Virus record (IMG/VR): IMGVR_UViG_3300027801_000025 | Location: 1-57,616 of that record | Source of the DNA: a virus | Lineage: Duplodnaviria > Caudoviricetes | Length of the DNA: 57,616 nt | Direction: 5' to 3' (one strand) | Shown: positions 48,301 to 56,682 of the stretch, piece by piece | Layout: each line of letters begins with the position of its first letter | Numbering within the stretch: position 1 is the first letter of the stretch | Notes under the pieces: generated by a model | Seen by the model: the letters and a program-made list of their open reading frames with translations, nothing else | The model's database searches: none | Told to the model about the DNA's origin: nothing | Position numbers and translations under genes: made by a program

Positions 48301-49680
48301 ATATATGGTGAAGACTATAGATCTGCTCTTGAAGATATTCTATGGAGAATGGAAAATGGAACAAATAGATCAATTGGCACCAACAAATTAGTTAATAACT
48401 TCATGAATTGGGTGAATAACTCTGTAGGAGCTATTATGTTTTTCAACATGAGATCCGCTGTTCTTCAGACCATATCTATGGTTAACTTTATAAACTGGTC
48501 AGACAACAACCCTGTTAAAGCAGCAGGCGCATTAGCTAACTTTGATCAATACATAGAGGATTTTAGCACTATATTTAATTCAGACATGTTAAAACAGAGA
48601 AGATCTGGATTACAAACAGATGTTAGTCACGCTGAATTAGCTAAATCAATAAGAGGTAGAGGTAATACACCAAGTGCTTTATTGAAAGAGTTATTAAGAT
48701 TAGGTTTCACACCAACGCAAATGGCAGATAGTTTTGCTATTGCTTCAGGTGGTGCTACTTTTTATAGAAACAGAATTAAAACATACGTTGGACAAGGTTT
48801 AACAAAACAACAAGCTGAAGCACAAGCTTTTGAAGATTTTGCTGAAATATCAGAACAATCACAGCAATCATCTAGACCAGATTTAATATCACAACAACAA
48901 GCTGGTCCATTAGGTAGATTGATATTAGCTTTCCAGAATACACCGATGCAGTATACTAGATTAATTAAAAAATCTATACTAGACCTATACAACGGTAGAG
49001 GAGATGCTAAGACACACATATCAAAAATAGCTTACTATGGTCTTGTACAAAATTTAGTTTTTACAGCTTTACAAAACGCTATATTTGCATTAGCATTTGA
49101 AGATGATGAAGAGGACAATAAAATACTAGATGCTAAAGGAGCTAGAATGGCTAACAGTATGGTTGATACTATACTTAGAGGTACCGGTGTTTATGGTGCT
49201 GCTGTATCTACTATAAAAAATGTATTGCTTAAATTCAAACAACAAGAAGATAAAGGTTGGAACGCGGATCATACTTATACAGTTATTGAGTTTGCTAATC
49301 TCTCTCCTCCGATAGGAAGTAAAGCTAGAAAGTTGTACTCAGGTATACAAACCTGGAAATTTAATAAAGAAGCTATTGCTGATTACGGACCAGGTATAGG
49401 TAATCCTATATATCAAGCCTTTGGTAATGTTGTAGCTGCAGGAACAAATATTCCGCTAGATAGATTGTTTAATAAGATCAATAACCTTAAAGCAACTCTA
49501 AATAGTCAAAATCAAGCATGGCAGAGATTTGCTAACTTCTTAGGTTGGAACACTTGGGATGTAGGATCTGTTGCTAACCCTAAGTTAGAGAAATTAAAAA
49601 ACAAGAAACGTAAGAAAAAAAGATCTTCAAGTAAAACTAAAGATGCTTACGAAGCTTACAAAAAACGTAAAAAAAATTAA
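42394..49680 (+). CDS. Giant polyvalent internal virion protein (zincin, sigma region 2-like, EHxxP nuclease-like and HAD phosphatase segments)
   Basis: HEVLH at 44245; FDFDDTL at about 47131 with VLTAR and FADD HAD motifs; EHMIP at 46777; four Q[YF]S[QK][TS] linkers. Confidence 0.75.
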   Translation: MNELEKIVQRMIEAGEPEENIATVIQSYNSPGKTSDPVQVESNTGSEDTDSNSVNTLSESQEENNDFEDFLGQDYVDAKNKEAKGKGDMGFLYGAIDWVSDIGRSGSAGWDLGGTLDSSLNLHNKGMSGMSESEKEELVKDMNTSLNIGRTDEMKAFDDAYAKNVEKHGGIKAFFMGWSENKTVMTQYSMQSMAMMAASLGNGESIKTALKGGAAGFGVGFAASKYGKMIPGRVGKALSTITALQGAGGGLMGGISKTLEKGFTTMDLLNEKGAEVYGDKWTSSSSEGKLSMLEEMTSNKDLYDDIKSKAVARGNTIGFVDAVTGMVTLGVGTSIGRGAAKSSLSRGTKLLQAGGMAATETAGGIVSEIGGQIAAGQDIDPKEYLLEGVADKTFTLASTVKRGIRNNPKYKINGEEMNGKRFQETVMSLDDEAFVGGDFSVENSPVMNQIIQNRQQDINIDMDINSQVNDVADRAKIIKLEREVNSLSGKSTVSSKNKASSLKQQIKEIELKYENNQDVATQDQRKQAIAQARSNKFDNAYNKNYKAVESFAKKKGLNVLDFENENDYFNAIAKNQGISFEQAKKASKLSDGAFVGKGEIFINKTRAREVGAVTVAQHEVLHPILNSLIGGIGSQGKIVNEFKKQLNSKQRKIIEKALGDQPSDTEYLNVFTDNFDAVMAEQNITQKISDFFKDQFVKLGFENINFETGDGIYNFLKEYNTSIKKGKLSERAEKAVDKAESKAKTKISDVDVADKVQYSQTSAEAQKVNDIYENTPNKTEAGFEIAMLYRGMAESVFKSLRDGSGYVQDQVDVINDNKDDMIPMMLYDKIPSQASDSKARNVLGLVQDFEKEKQKYGNVAAYINTFFKNRSKEVFKYFVPDAVLEGLNKEDGTLKTAVKKKKNTVAKEETGPVARKATSFDKLKDGNNKDFYSETIKRDVIKDVGMILIRNIGRKKISTDNIIENIEENVDKHISRTIKDQMGDISNKKGQLEVSSKYKEFINDSYQVAIKSFPLSSIKKSYGKLFKLEKLSREKTAVGKGVFKMTAPTRAEWGAHHTIGRYTTLKARQLVLAKEMAADFNKTEVSKLLTDGKFIEKLLEVADLSNVELPAIVLDQTIKDINVGLDRKIDESRSFDTTIQFSQTMYDSKQSEAVIKALKTPYAKHVYRTNYIERTNERWLVKAISQVLKASDIKDARKIAEELGKPWMAKNTVAKEKQKGLDFAIDNLHTKITGGEVTVRALNAKHGIKSIVDLNSLDGVNSARKAINYISKKLTKSEFIRGIYQGVTNPARVAGFEVNDNVGLEIKKSEATAIPEFKSNGKRNKAYYSAFKNTKDINKNVNIESTKDSFRDGNITKKDWYYGNPFNKLDDNGKKAFVKKLYDSSLEDRRILLKLADVLRKGIVDGDLTYQQVQWVLVTQFGNMVGVGKAAAGPKFLMLDKNDNVLTFKNFSDKKKDPGVLEHMIPADYIKGLVYDYVITGNKETLVAELENYATLVLPDVIDKKLREDGTQSAMGIDHKVGSKPTDNRYSGTGLRLYDVSTGKIIDTGLQYSKTEYNKSANIIKAENIVNGPPKGISVFDFDDTLAQTNSKILVTMLGGKKIKIDATEFALQSADLEAAGAKFDFSEFNKVIEGKKGPLADLALKRQGKFGSKDIFVLTARPQQAAYAIHAFLKGIGLDIPIDNITGLEDGKAQAKADWIAEKAADGYNDFYFADDAYKNVKAVQDTLNHLNLNPNVELAKIQFSKSNSDIFNDILEGTKGVKSEKRFNPAAAKAKGATRKNSWFIPPGAEDFQGLIYQFLTKGKRGELQKKFFELRLFKPFAKANAAMNRAKQAYVDGFKAINKRYPGVNEKLNQKLSKGEYFMQDAVRVYIWNKTGQVVPGMDQNEVQSLVNFVEKYSDITAYANDIINMSRDTNYIKPSEHWLDGSVASDIQDLTSKENRKKFLGEWIKNKNEIFSKENLNKIEAIYGEDYRSALEDILWRMENGTNRSIGTNKLVNNFMNWVNNSVGAIMFFNMRSAVLQTISMVNFINWSDNNPVKAAGALANFDQYIEDFSTIFNSDMLKQRRSGLQTDVSHAELAKSIRGRGNTPSALLKELLRLGFTPTQMADSFAIASGGATFYRNRIKTYVGQGLTKQQAEAQAFEDFAEISEQSQQSSRPDLISQQQAGPLGRLILAFQNTPMQYTRLIKKSILDLYNGRGDAKTHISKIAYYGLVQNLVFTALQNAIFALAFEDDEEDNKILDAKGARMANSMVDTILRGTGVYGAAVSTIKNVLLKFKQQEDKGWNADHTYTVIEFANLSPPIGSKARKLYSGIQTWKFNKEAIADYGPGIGNPIYQAFGNVVAAGTNIPLDRLFNKINNLKATLNSQNQAWQRFANFLGWNTWDVGSVANPKLEKLKNKKRKKKRSSSKTKDAYEAYKKRKKN

Positions 49681-49681
49681 T

Positions 49682-50887
49682 ATGAAAAAACTACTATTTG
49701 TCTTGATGCTTTTAATAAGCACAAACTCTAATGCTCAGTTCTTTGAAAACCTATATAAAGATTTTCTAAAATACAGTACCATATATGGTGCTGGTGATAT
49801 TAGTAATTCTATTGAGGCAAAAGAAAATGTATACTTTGTAAGAACTGGAGAAAGTGGAAGTTTATATGACATACCTATAGTAGTAGATGATACTCCTGAT
49901 TATCCATTTGATTATAGATACGGGTTTGGTATTAGAAAACTAGCTAGGTTTGATTACGAAAGAAAACCTAAAAACTTTTATGATGGTACAGAGAATCAAT
50001 TAGCTTTCTCAGCACCAACATCTGCTTTTAAAGGTTTAGAATATCAATTTCATTATGAGAAAGAACGTTGGAGAGGCGATATGTTTAAAAATCATAGATT
50101 TTTTGTTAAGCATACTGGTATATACCATATAGTTAAAGTAGAGAGTAGAGAGGTTGGTAAAATAAACTTAGATTATCAATCGGCAGAGGTTAGAGCTAGA
50201 TTACCTATTGGTAAAAACTTTAGCATATCAGCTGGTGCAATATATAGAACACACGACAGACCATATGGATATAATCCAATAGAGATATGGTTAAATGAAA
50301 CAGAAATATATGTAAATCCAACAACGTTAGAAGAGTTTGAATACCCTAAAAACGCTTGGTATACATTAGGATATGAGTATGGTTATTCTGATCACTTCAC
50401 AACATACACGGATGCTACGACGGGAGAAGAAGTATCTGATTGGATATGGAAAGATGAAAACGGAGAAATAGTAGCTCACACTGATCTTGAGTTTAGAGAG
50501 GAAGTATTTACTGAGCTAATGAATAGATATAATCAAGAAAGATGGAATGGTTTAGAATCATTCGCGGAAATTGCGCCTATCGTCGGTTTTGATTATTATT
50601 ACTATAAAAATGATTTTTGGTTGCATGCTTATGGAAACTACATATTACCATATCACAAGTACATAAAAGGTGATAAAGATATTTCTTACTTAAATAGAAA
50701 TAACTGGGGTAAAGGTGGTTTAACAAGAAATGCTGAACCAGAGCAGTGGGAGGATTACTCAGCTGGTATAAATCTAGGTTGGAAAATAAATAAAAGACTA
50801 GGTGTATTCATCGAAGGAGAATACAGTAAAATGTGGGCTAGTGAATTATACAACACGTCAATAGGATTAAACTACACTTTAAAATAA
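49682..50887 (+). CDS. Secreted protein, putative outer-membrane beta-barrel
   Basis: Signal peptide MKKLLFVLMLLISTNSNA/Q from ATG 49682; aromatic alternating strands; C-terminal SIGLNYTLK. Confidence 0.65.
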   Translation: MKKLLFVLMLLISTNSNAQFFENLYKDFLKYSTIYGAGDISNSIEAKENVYFVRTGESGSLYDIPIVVDDTPDYPFDYRYGFGIRKLARFDYERKPKNFYDGTENQLAFSAPTSAFKGLEYQFHYEKERWRGDMFKNHRFFVKHTGIYHIVKVESREVGKINLDYQSAEVRARLPIGKNFSISAGAIYRTHDRPYGYNPIEIWLNETEIYVNPTTLEEFEYPKNAWYTLGYEYGYSDHFTTYTDATTGEEVSDWIWKDENGEIVAHTDLEFREEVFTELMNRYNQERWNGLESFAEIAPIVGFDYYYYKNDFWLHAYGNYILPYHKYIKGDKDISYLNRNNWGKGGLTRNAEPEQWEDYSAGINLGWKINKRLGVFIEGEYSKMWASELYNTSIGLNYTLK

Positions 50888-50893
50888 AAAACA

Positions 50894-51178
50894 ATGGCGC
50901 AAGAAATTGGAGAACAAACTAAGGTAACACTTGACTTAAAAACACTAGGTATTATCATTGGAGGGGTTGTATCATTATCAAGTATGTATTTTATTTTACA
51001 ATCTGATATAGCATTGGCTATGGAACTTCCTAAGCCTTCTATAGAGAGAATAGAATATGATCTTAAAGATGAGCTCATTCGACAAACAATAATGGACACT
51101 CAAGAAGACGTAGACGATATACTGGATGCGCTGGAGAAGCTAGACGAAAGACTATACGAAATCTCTAAAAACAGGTAA
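50894..51178 (+). CDS. Single-TM protein with coiled coil
   Basis: LGIIIGGVVSLSSMYFIL TM segment and heptad C-terminus. Confidence 0.65.
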   Translation: MAQEIGEQTKVTLDLKTLGIIIGGVVSLSSMYFILQSDIALAMELPKPSIERIEYDLKDELIRQTIMDTQEDVDDILDALEKLDERLYEISKNR

Positions 51179-51180
51179 CT

Positions 51181-51585
51181 ATGAAACTAATCAAATTTAT
51201 TTTAATATTTTTAAGTTTAAGCGTTTATGCACAGTCTGATGTTCCTGGTGTAAATTGGATTGATGACGCTAGTTTTGATGAAGCTATAAAAGGAAATGCT
51301 TTTGAAGAAAAAGATATTGTTGTTGTAGAATTTTGGGCTGAGTTCAATAAAGAAAACTGCTTTGCAGAGTGGGCTGATTTAGACGTGCCTTATTATAGGG
51401 TGGATATAGCTAAAGCTCCATTAGCAAAAAAGAAATATAGAGTTAGAATGGCTCCAACAATAATAATATTTAAGGAGGGTTTGAAAGAAGTAGTATTCAA
51501 AGCAAGTTTAGACTTGTTACTACCTACTGATCTAGCTGAAATAAAAGAAGCTATAGAAGAGGTTAAGAAAGCTGCCGCGTTTTGA
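51181..51585 (+). CDS. Exported thioredoxin-fold protein lacking CxxC
   Basis: Signal peptide; VVVEFWAEFN in place of WCxxC; YRVRMAPTIIIFKEG cis-Pro region. Confidence 0.7.
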   Translation: MKLIKFILIFLSLSVYAQSDVPGVNWIDDASFDEAIKGNAFEEKDIVVVEFWAEFNKENCFAEWADLDVPYYRVDIAKAPLAKKKYRVRMAPTIIIFKEGLKEVVFKASLDLLLPTDLAEIKEAIEEVKKAAAF

Positions 51586-51893
51586 TGAGGCTTATAATAT
51601 TCATGCTAATGTCTAATGTGTGTTTTTCTCAAATAGCACATGACAAAAAACAGCATTATGCAGCTGGGGTATTAACAAGTAGTGTTACTTACGCTTATGT
51701 TTATACTAAAACAAATAACAAAAAGAAAGCAGCTATATACAGTATAGCTTCAGCTGTGGTAATTGGTACTTTAAAAGAAGTTTCTGATTCAAGACAACCT
51801 AACAACAGGTTTGATCCTAACGATCTGTTGGCAACCACGCTAGGTGGTATATCTGTTGGGGTAACTATTCAATTATTTAATAAAAAAAAATGA
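51585..51893 (+). CDS. Small membrane protein (YfiM/DUF2279-like)
   Basis: DKKQH...KE..D...DLLATTLGG pattern with TM segments. Confidence 0.6.
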   Translation: MRLIIFMLMSNVCFSQIAHDKKQHYAAGVLTSSVTYAYVYTKTNNKKKAAIYSIASAVVIGTLKEVSDSRQPNNRFDPNDLLATTLGGISVGVTIQLFNKKK

Positions 51894-52117
51894 AAAAACT
51901 ATTGAAAAAATTTTGGGACTGGGTTTTTAGTCAAACTACTATTGATGAAAAAGTAGTAGCTGCAGCTAAAGAAGTAAAACGTAGAGCTGACTTAGTTAAC
52001 CAAGAGGTTAAAGATGTTAAGAAAGCTATTAAAGAAGTAGGTAAACAAATTGGTGACGTAGCTGATGCTGCTGAAGGTAAGCCAAGAAAAGGTAGAAAAA
52101 AGAAAAGTGTTAAGTAA
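51890..52117 (+). CDS. Basic helical hypothetical protein
   Basis: ORF track, 75 aa. Confidence 0.6.
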   Translation: MKKLLKKFWDWVFSQTTIDEKVVAAAKEVKRRADLVNQEVKDVKKAIKEVGKQIGDVADAAEGKPRKGRKKKSVK

Positions 52118-52568
52118 ACATATAAGTTACAAGGAAGGCGTGTATAGCATAACAGCGAAACGACTTGGCCTTAAAAATGACCCTACAGAGGAGCATTTAA
52201 TAAATATGATAGAACTAGCAGAAAAAGTGTTTGAACCTCTTAGGAAGCACGTAGGTGGTCCTGTGAAGATCAATTCCTTTTATCGTGGACCAGAATTGAA
52301 TAAAGCTATTGGTGGAAGTTCTAGTTCTCAACACTGTGACGGTATGGCTATGGATATAGACGATAAGTATGGTCACATGTCAAATGCTAATATGTATAAA
52401 TACATAAAAGAAAACCTAGACTTTGATCAAATGATATGGGAGTTTGGTGACGATGATAACCCTGATTGGGTTCATGTAAGTTATGTAGATGAAGAATCTA
52501 ATAGAAATAGATGTTTAAAAGCTTATAGAACACCAGGTTCTAGAGGCACAAAATATATGGTAATATGA
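52107..52568 (+). CDS. Peptidase M15A family endolysin
   Basis: SFYR...N.AIGGS..SQH..G.AMD and WVHVSY Zn ligands; start is GTG 52107 or ATG 52065. Confidence 0.85.
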   Translation: MLSKHISYKEGVYSITAKRLGLKNDPTEEHLINMIELAEKVFEPLRKHVGGPVKINSFYRGPELNKAIGGSSSSQHCDGMAMDIDDKYGHMSNANMYKYIKENLDFDQMIWEFGDDDNPDWVHVSYVDEESNRNRCLKAYRTPGSRGTKYMVI

Positions 52569-52620
52569 GTAAATGTTAAATAATATTAGATATAAGTAAT
52601 TATATTATAAACAAGACAAT

Positions 52621-53007
52621 ATGAAAAAATCAATTTTAATTTTATTATTAGCAACCGTGTTTAGTTGCGGAGTTCAAAATCAACAACCTAAGATATTAAT
52701 AACACATGTATTAGCTGTAACCGAACATGGAGATACATTGAGGTTACCTATAAGTGCTATAAAACCTAATGTTTATAATATTATAAACTACAGTAATGGT
52801 TACAATAGGTATCCTTACTATAACAGTTACAATAACTATAATAATTTTCCAAGGTATAAGCCTAGCGGAAATGTTTATGTTAAACCTAGCAACAATGCAG
52901 ACAACAATACCCCTGCAACAACACCCGCGATCAAGCCTAGAGTTACTCCACCAAACCCAGTATCACCAAGCGGTAATGCTGCTATAAATAAAAGAGGGGG
53001 AAATTAA
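52621..53007 (+). CDS. Lipoprotein with Y/N- and P-rich tail
   Basis: MKKSILILLLATVFS/C lipobox. Confidence 0.7.
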   Translation: MKKSILILLLATVFSCGVQNQQPKILITHVLAVTEHGDTLRLPISAIKPNVYNIINYSNGYNRYPYYNSYNNYNNFPRYKPSGNVYVKPSNNADNNTPATTPAIKPRVTPPNPVSPSGNAAINKRGGN

Positions 53008-53021
53008 TCCCCCTTTTTTTA
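52990..53021. terminator. Bidirectional terminator between convergent modules
   Basis: aaaagaggggga-aattaa-tcccccttttttt. Confidence 0.8.
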
Positions 53022-54740
53022 TTATCCGTCACAAGCTAAACAATCTTCATTCATAGCTTGACTAGCAATGTCTCCACGTAATACAGACTCAGTACGAGTA
53101 TAGTATAAAGTTTTAACACCCTTTTTCCAAGCTTCAAAATGAACTTTGTTTATCCATTTAGGTGTAGCTACACTAGGAAAAGCTAAATTCAAACTAACCG
53201 ATTGATCTACATATTGCTGTCTCAATCCAGCCTGATTAACTAATTCTAGTTGATTAATCTCCTTAAAAGTTTTAAATACCTCCTTTGCGGTGACGCCGTG
53301 CGCCATAACAATATCATCAAGCTCAGCAATATCTTGTATGCTACCACCGTCAGCAAGGATCTTGTTCCATGTCTCTTCATTGTTTATTTTCAGTTTCTTT
53401 AACAACTTAACTAAAGTAGGGTTTTTTCTTATGAAAGTGCCTTTAGCAGTTTGCTCCGTGAACACGTTAGCAGCCCAAGGTTCTATCCCCGGCGAAACAT
53501 TCCCACTAAGCTTACTGTTAGAAACAGTGGGAGCCACAGCGCGTAGATGAGTATTACGCATACCAGTTCCAGAACACCATAAAGGTTCTCCGTAAGTTTC
53601 AGCCAATGCCATTGAAGCTCTTTCACTTTCAATTTTGATCTGACTAAATATTTTCCTAGTCTCAAACTGAGCAAGTAAACCTTCGAAGCTGATCCCTTTC
53701 TCTTGTAGGTACGTATGCCAGCCCAATACTCCAAGGCCAAGCGCTCTGCCTTTGGTAGCTGAACGGATTGCATTTTCAAATCCTCGTAAACCTTTAGCTC
53801 TTTGTATAAACTCCTCCATGACTCCATCGAGAAACCATATACTATCGTAAATAAGGTTTGTACCTTTCCATTCTTCATACTTTGCTAAATTTAATGATGA
53901 CAAGCAACATACAAAACTGTGATTTTCATCAGTATGTAGTGTTATCTCAGAACATATGTTTGTCATGTGAACTTTGAGACCGTTATCTTTATATGCTGTT
54001 GGGTTATTTTTGTTTGTATTGCCCTTAAATAAAATATAAGGTTCTCCAGTTGCTTTACGCTTTTGAAGTAACTTACTCCATCTCTTTCTAGCATCTTTAT
54101 CTCCTCCTTCAACCCTTCGCATAAACTTGTCGCCGACCACAGCACACTGGTGTAGGTTGAGGGATTGACGATTAACGTCTCCTTTAGGTTCTCTAATTTC
54201 GAGCCAATCTTCAAAATCGGCATGTTCAATATTGATGTTAACTGAAGCAGCTCCTCGTCTGACAGATCCTTGATTAGTTGCGAGTATTGTTGAATCGTAT
54301 ATTTTACAAAAAGGCACAACGCCGTCACTTGTTCCATTACCTGTTATATTAGCGCCAGCGGGTCTGATTTGATTAATACCGATACCAACTCCACCGCCGT
54401 GCTTAGCGAGTAGCATCATCTCTAGATTTTTTTGGCCTATGTCTTGTATGCTATCAGCCACGTCGATACCAAAACAGCTAATAGGTAGACCACGATCAGT
54501 ACCGGTATTACTAAGTACCGGACTAGCCAAGCATAACCATCCGTTCCAAATATACTCGAAGAAAGTTTCTGCCATTTCTGGTTTATATAATCTACGAGCA
54601 ACCGTCTTTGCAACTCTTTGATAAGCTTCCTTTGGTGTTTCTCCGTGATATAAATACCCTCCAGAGATCGTTTTTTTGTATACTTCGGTGTCTCCCCACT
54701 TTGGGTAGTCTTCACCTTTTTTCCATTCATTGTTCCACAT
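53022..54740 (-). CDS. nrdA: Ribonucleotide reductase class I alpha subunit, no ATP cone
   Basis: PISCF, TNICSE (NxCxE), APT, TLYY and C-terminal CLAC. Confidence 0.95.
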   Translation of the reverse strand: MWNNEWKKGEDYPKWGDTEVYKKTISGGYLYHGETPKEAYQRVAKTVARRLYKPEMAETFFEYIWNGWLCLASPVLSNTGTDRGLPISCFGIDVADSIQDIGQKNLEMMLLAKHGGGVGIGINQIRPAGANITGNGTSDGVVPFCKIYDSTILATNQGSVRRGAASVNINIEHADFEDWLEIREPKGDVNRQSLNLHQCAVVGDKFMRRVEGGDKDARKRWSKLLQKRKATGEPYILFKGNTNKNNPTAYKDNGLKVHMTNICSEITLHTDENHSFVCCLSSLNLAKYEEWKGTNLIYDSIWFLDGVMEEFIQRAKGLRGFENAIRSATKGRALGLGVLGWHTYLQEKGISFEGLLAQFETRKIFSQIKIESERASMALAETYGEPLWCSGTGMRNTHLRAVAPTVSNSKLSGNVSPGIEPWAANVFTEQTAKGTFIRKNPTLVKLLKKLKINNEETWNKILADGGSIQDIAELDDIVMAHGVTAKEVFKTFKEINQLELVNQAGLRQQYVDQSVSLNLAFPSVATPKWINKVHFEAWKKGVKTLYYTRTESVLRGDIASQAMNEDCLACDG

Positions 54741-55009
54741 TATTTTATAAAATGAGTTAACCAGGCTATAAGCCCATTAATATTTAACGCAACAAGGTTC
54801 CATTGTTTTCTTGAAGACGTTTGCATAATAACACATAAAAAACCTACTATAAATAATCTAGGTTCTAGTGTCCATTGTCCTGCTATCAGAAAACCCGCAC
54901 CCATATAACCTATACGGGATGCGAACTTTTGATATGACGTTAGTTTGTTAGTATATCTTAAAAACTTTAATAATCTATACTTCCAACGTCTTTTTCTATT
55001 CATTACCAT
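54740..55009 (-). CDS. Small membrane protein between nrdB and nrdA
   Basis: Basic N-terminus plus about 3 short hydrophobic segments. Confidence 0.6.
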   Translation of the reverse strand: MVMNRKRRWKYRLLKFLRYTNKLTSYQKFASRIGYMGAGFLIAGQWTLEPRLFIVGFLCVIMQTSSRKQWNLVALNINGLIAWLTHFIK

Positions 55010-55971
55010 ATGTCTTCGAAGTCTTCTCCTTCGTTAGCTTTCGAGTAATCCGTTGGCCTAATACTGAAAAAATCAGTATGAGTGACGCCCCCGGTAAGAT
55101 GGTAAAACCAATCAAGGCTAGCTGCTGCTTTAGAGTCATATGCAAAATACGACCCCAAGTCAACATAACCGAGTTCCACAAGTTTTTCATTTGTTCTTTT
55201 TCTAATAAATTGTTTTAAATCATTTGCTTTAATACCTTCAATGTCACCCATTTCAAACATTTTGTCAATATAGTTTTCTTCTAGCTTAACCATAGTGACT
55301 GCTGCTTCAGTTGTGTCTTTACGACAGGCTTCTAATAAAGTACTATCTTCTTGGCACATCTGTCTAAACAACTGACAACCCATTTTACTGTGTAAGCTTT
55401 CGTCTCTTACAGACCATTTCATTTGCTGTCCAATCCCTTTAAGTAGGTTGCGTAGCTGAAAGCTATAAAGTACAGCAAAGGCACTATAAAGGCTAACGCC
55501 TTCAGCAAAAGCGGAGAAAATTGCCAAGGAAGTTCCAATGCCAACATGGCTAGTGCCACTGTAAGCAACCAGATTATCAAAACGATCGGCTGTCGCAGGT
55601 TCGTGTAAAAACGCTTCATAGTCTTCTAGTTTTAGTGATTCATTTAAGTAGCTGTAAGCTACAGCATGTACAGTTTCTTGAGAACCGAACATCATTGCCA
55701 TTTGTTGTATTTCGTGTTTAGGAAACCAACCAACAACTTTTTGTGTCCAGTAATCTGATACAGCACATTCAGTTTGTGCAAAGCCTAATAGTATATTACC
55801 TACTAAGTTTTTTTCTTCATCTGTTAATTTTTCATTCCAATCTTTAATATCACTTTGCATTGAGATTTCAGTATGTAACCAAAATGCTTGTGCTTGTTTT
55901 AACCAACCCTCAGTGTAATACTCAGGGTATTCAAACGGTTTGTACGCTATGCGCTCGTCAAACAAACCCAT
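55003..55971 (-). CDS. nrdB: Ribonucleotide reductase class I beta subunit
   Basis: QETVHAVAY, AEGVSLYSAF, RDESLH and C-terminal DFF...Y. Confidence 0.95.
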   Translation of the reverse strand: MGLFDERIAYKPFEYPEYYTEGWLKQAQAFWLHTEISMQSDIKDWNEKLTDEEKNLVGNILLGFAQTECAVSDYWTQKVVGWFPKHEIQQMAMMFGSQETVHAVAYSYLNESLKLEDYEAFLHEPATADRFDNLVAYSGTSHVGIGTSLAIFSAFAEGVSLYSAFAVLYSFQLRNLLKGIGQQMKWSVRDESLHSKMGCQLFRQMCQEDSTLLEACRKDTTEAAVTMVKLEENYIDKMFEMGDIEGIKANDLKQFIRKRTNEKLVELGYVDLGSYFAYDSKAAASLDWFYHLTGGVTHTDFFSIRPTDYSKANEGEDFEDIW

Positions 55972-56117
55972 TACTGCTTGAATATTTCTAGTGCAACATC
56001 TATAAAAGGTATGTATAGCACATGAGTGGTTTGTGTTTCTTCTTCGTAAGACCTACACCCTAGTAGTATACCAGGGTAGAAGCCTAATGACAGGCTCCAA
56101 TTCTTTTTTTCTTTCAT
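55971..56117 (-). CDS. Small hypothetical protein, 48 aa (MKEKKNWSLSLGFYPGILLG...)
   Basis: Manual translation; stop overlaps the nrdB ATG. Confidence 0.65.
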   Translation of the reverse strand: MKEKKNWSLSLGFYPGILLGCRSYEEETQTTHVLYIPFIDVALEIFKQ

Positions 56118-56275
56118 ATATTGTAATCTTTACATTGTTTTAATAAGTCTTTATATCTAATTACTCCGAACTGCTCCCATCTCCATTTGATCCACGTGTT
56201 TAATTTCCGTTCGCCGTACTTTTGCCTGGATATTCTTTTTCCTTCTCCAGGATTAATCTTACTGTCTCGTCGCAT
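56114..56275 (-). CDS. Small basic hypothetical protein, 53 aa (MRRDSKINPGEGKR...)
   Basis: Manual translation; ATGA overlap with the downstream ORF; overlaps the endonuclease 3' end. Confidence 0.45.
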   Translation of the reverse strand: MRRDSKINPGEGKRISRQKYGERKLNTWIKWRWEQFGVIRYKDLLKQCKDYNI

Positions 56276-56682
56276 TCTTTATGATTTTGAGGTTTATATA
56301 ATGTAAGTGGTCCTAATCTTCTTTCGGTTATAAGCTTTTTGAAAAGCTTCCACCTAAGTGGAAACGATTCATTAGCTCTACCTTTAGTTTCAATTATAAA
56401 ACCCTTACCCACGAAGTCTGGCGTATATTTAATGTTTAGTATTTTCTTACTACCTCTGTTTTTGTATTCCCCTTTACCATTACCACATCTTTCGTATGAT
56501 TGGAACGGAAAATCAAAAGCTTCAGATAGCTCAAACGTTTGGCCTTCATACAAAGATGTTATCTTTGCTTTACGTAAGGCCATATACATATATCGCTCTA
56601 GCCCAGAAGCAAAGTTGATACCATCATATGTTATCTTCTTTGATTGTACTGGGCCTTTTTTTCGTTTATAAAGCTTCTTCAT
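56200..56682 (-). CDS. T7 endonuclease I-like Holliday junction resolvase
   Basis: FASGLE, YTPDF and IIETKG (PD-(D/E)xK). Confidence 0.85.
   Translation of the reverse strand: MKKLYKRKKGPVQSKKITYDGINFASGLERYMYMALRKAKITSLYEGQTFELSEAFDFPFQSYERCGNGKGEYKNRGSKKILNIKYTPDFVGKGFIIETKGRANESFPLRWKLFKKLITERRLGPLTLYKPQNHKECDETVRLILEKEKEYPGKSTANGN

Noticed and set aside
3228-49019. Many antisense or alternate-frame ORFs in the track (e.g. 3624-4019, 24348-24830, 39303-39749, 42951-43292)
   Set aside because: Shadow ORFs inside well-supported genes, with no motifs or start context.
2725-53007. Stop-codon reassignment as in some crAss-like phages
   Set aside because: Genes are full length and densely packed under the standard code.
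24026-55971. Introns or inteins in terL, nrdA or nrdB
   Set aside because: Reading frames are continuous and of ordinary length, with no intein C...HN ends or homing endonuclease motifs seen.
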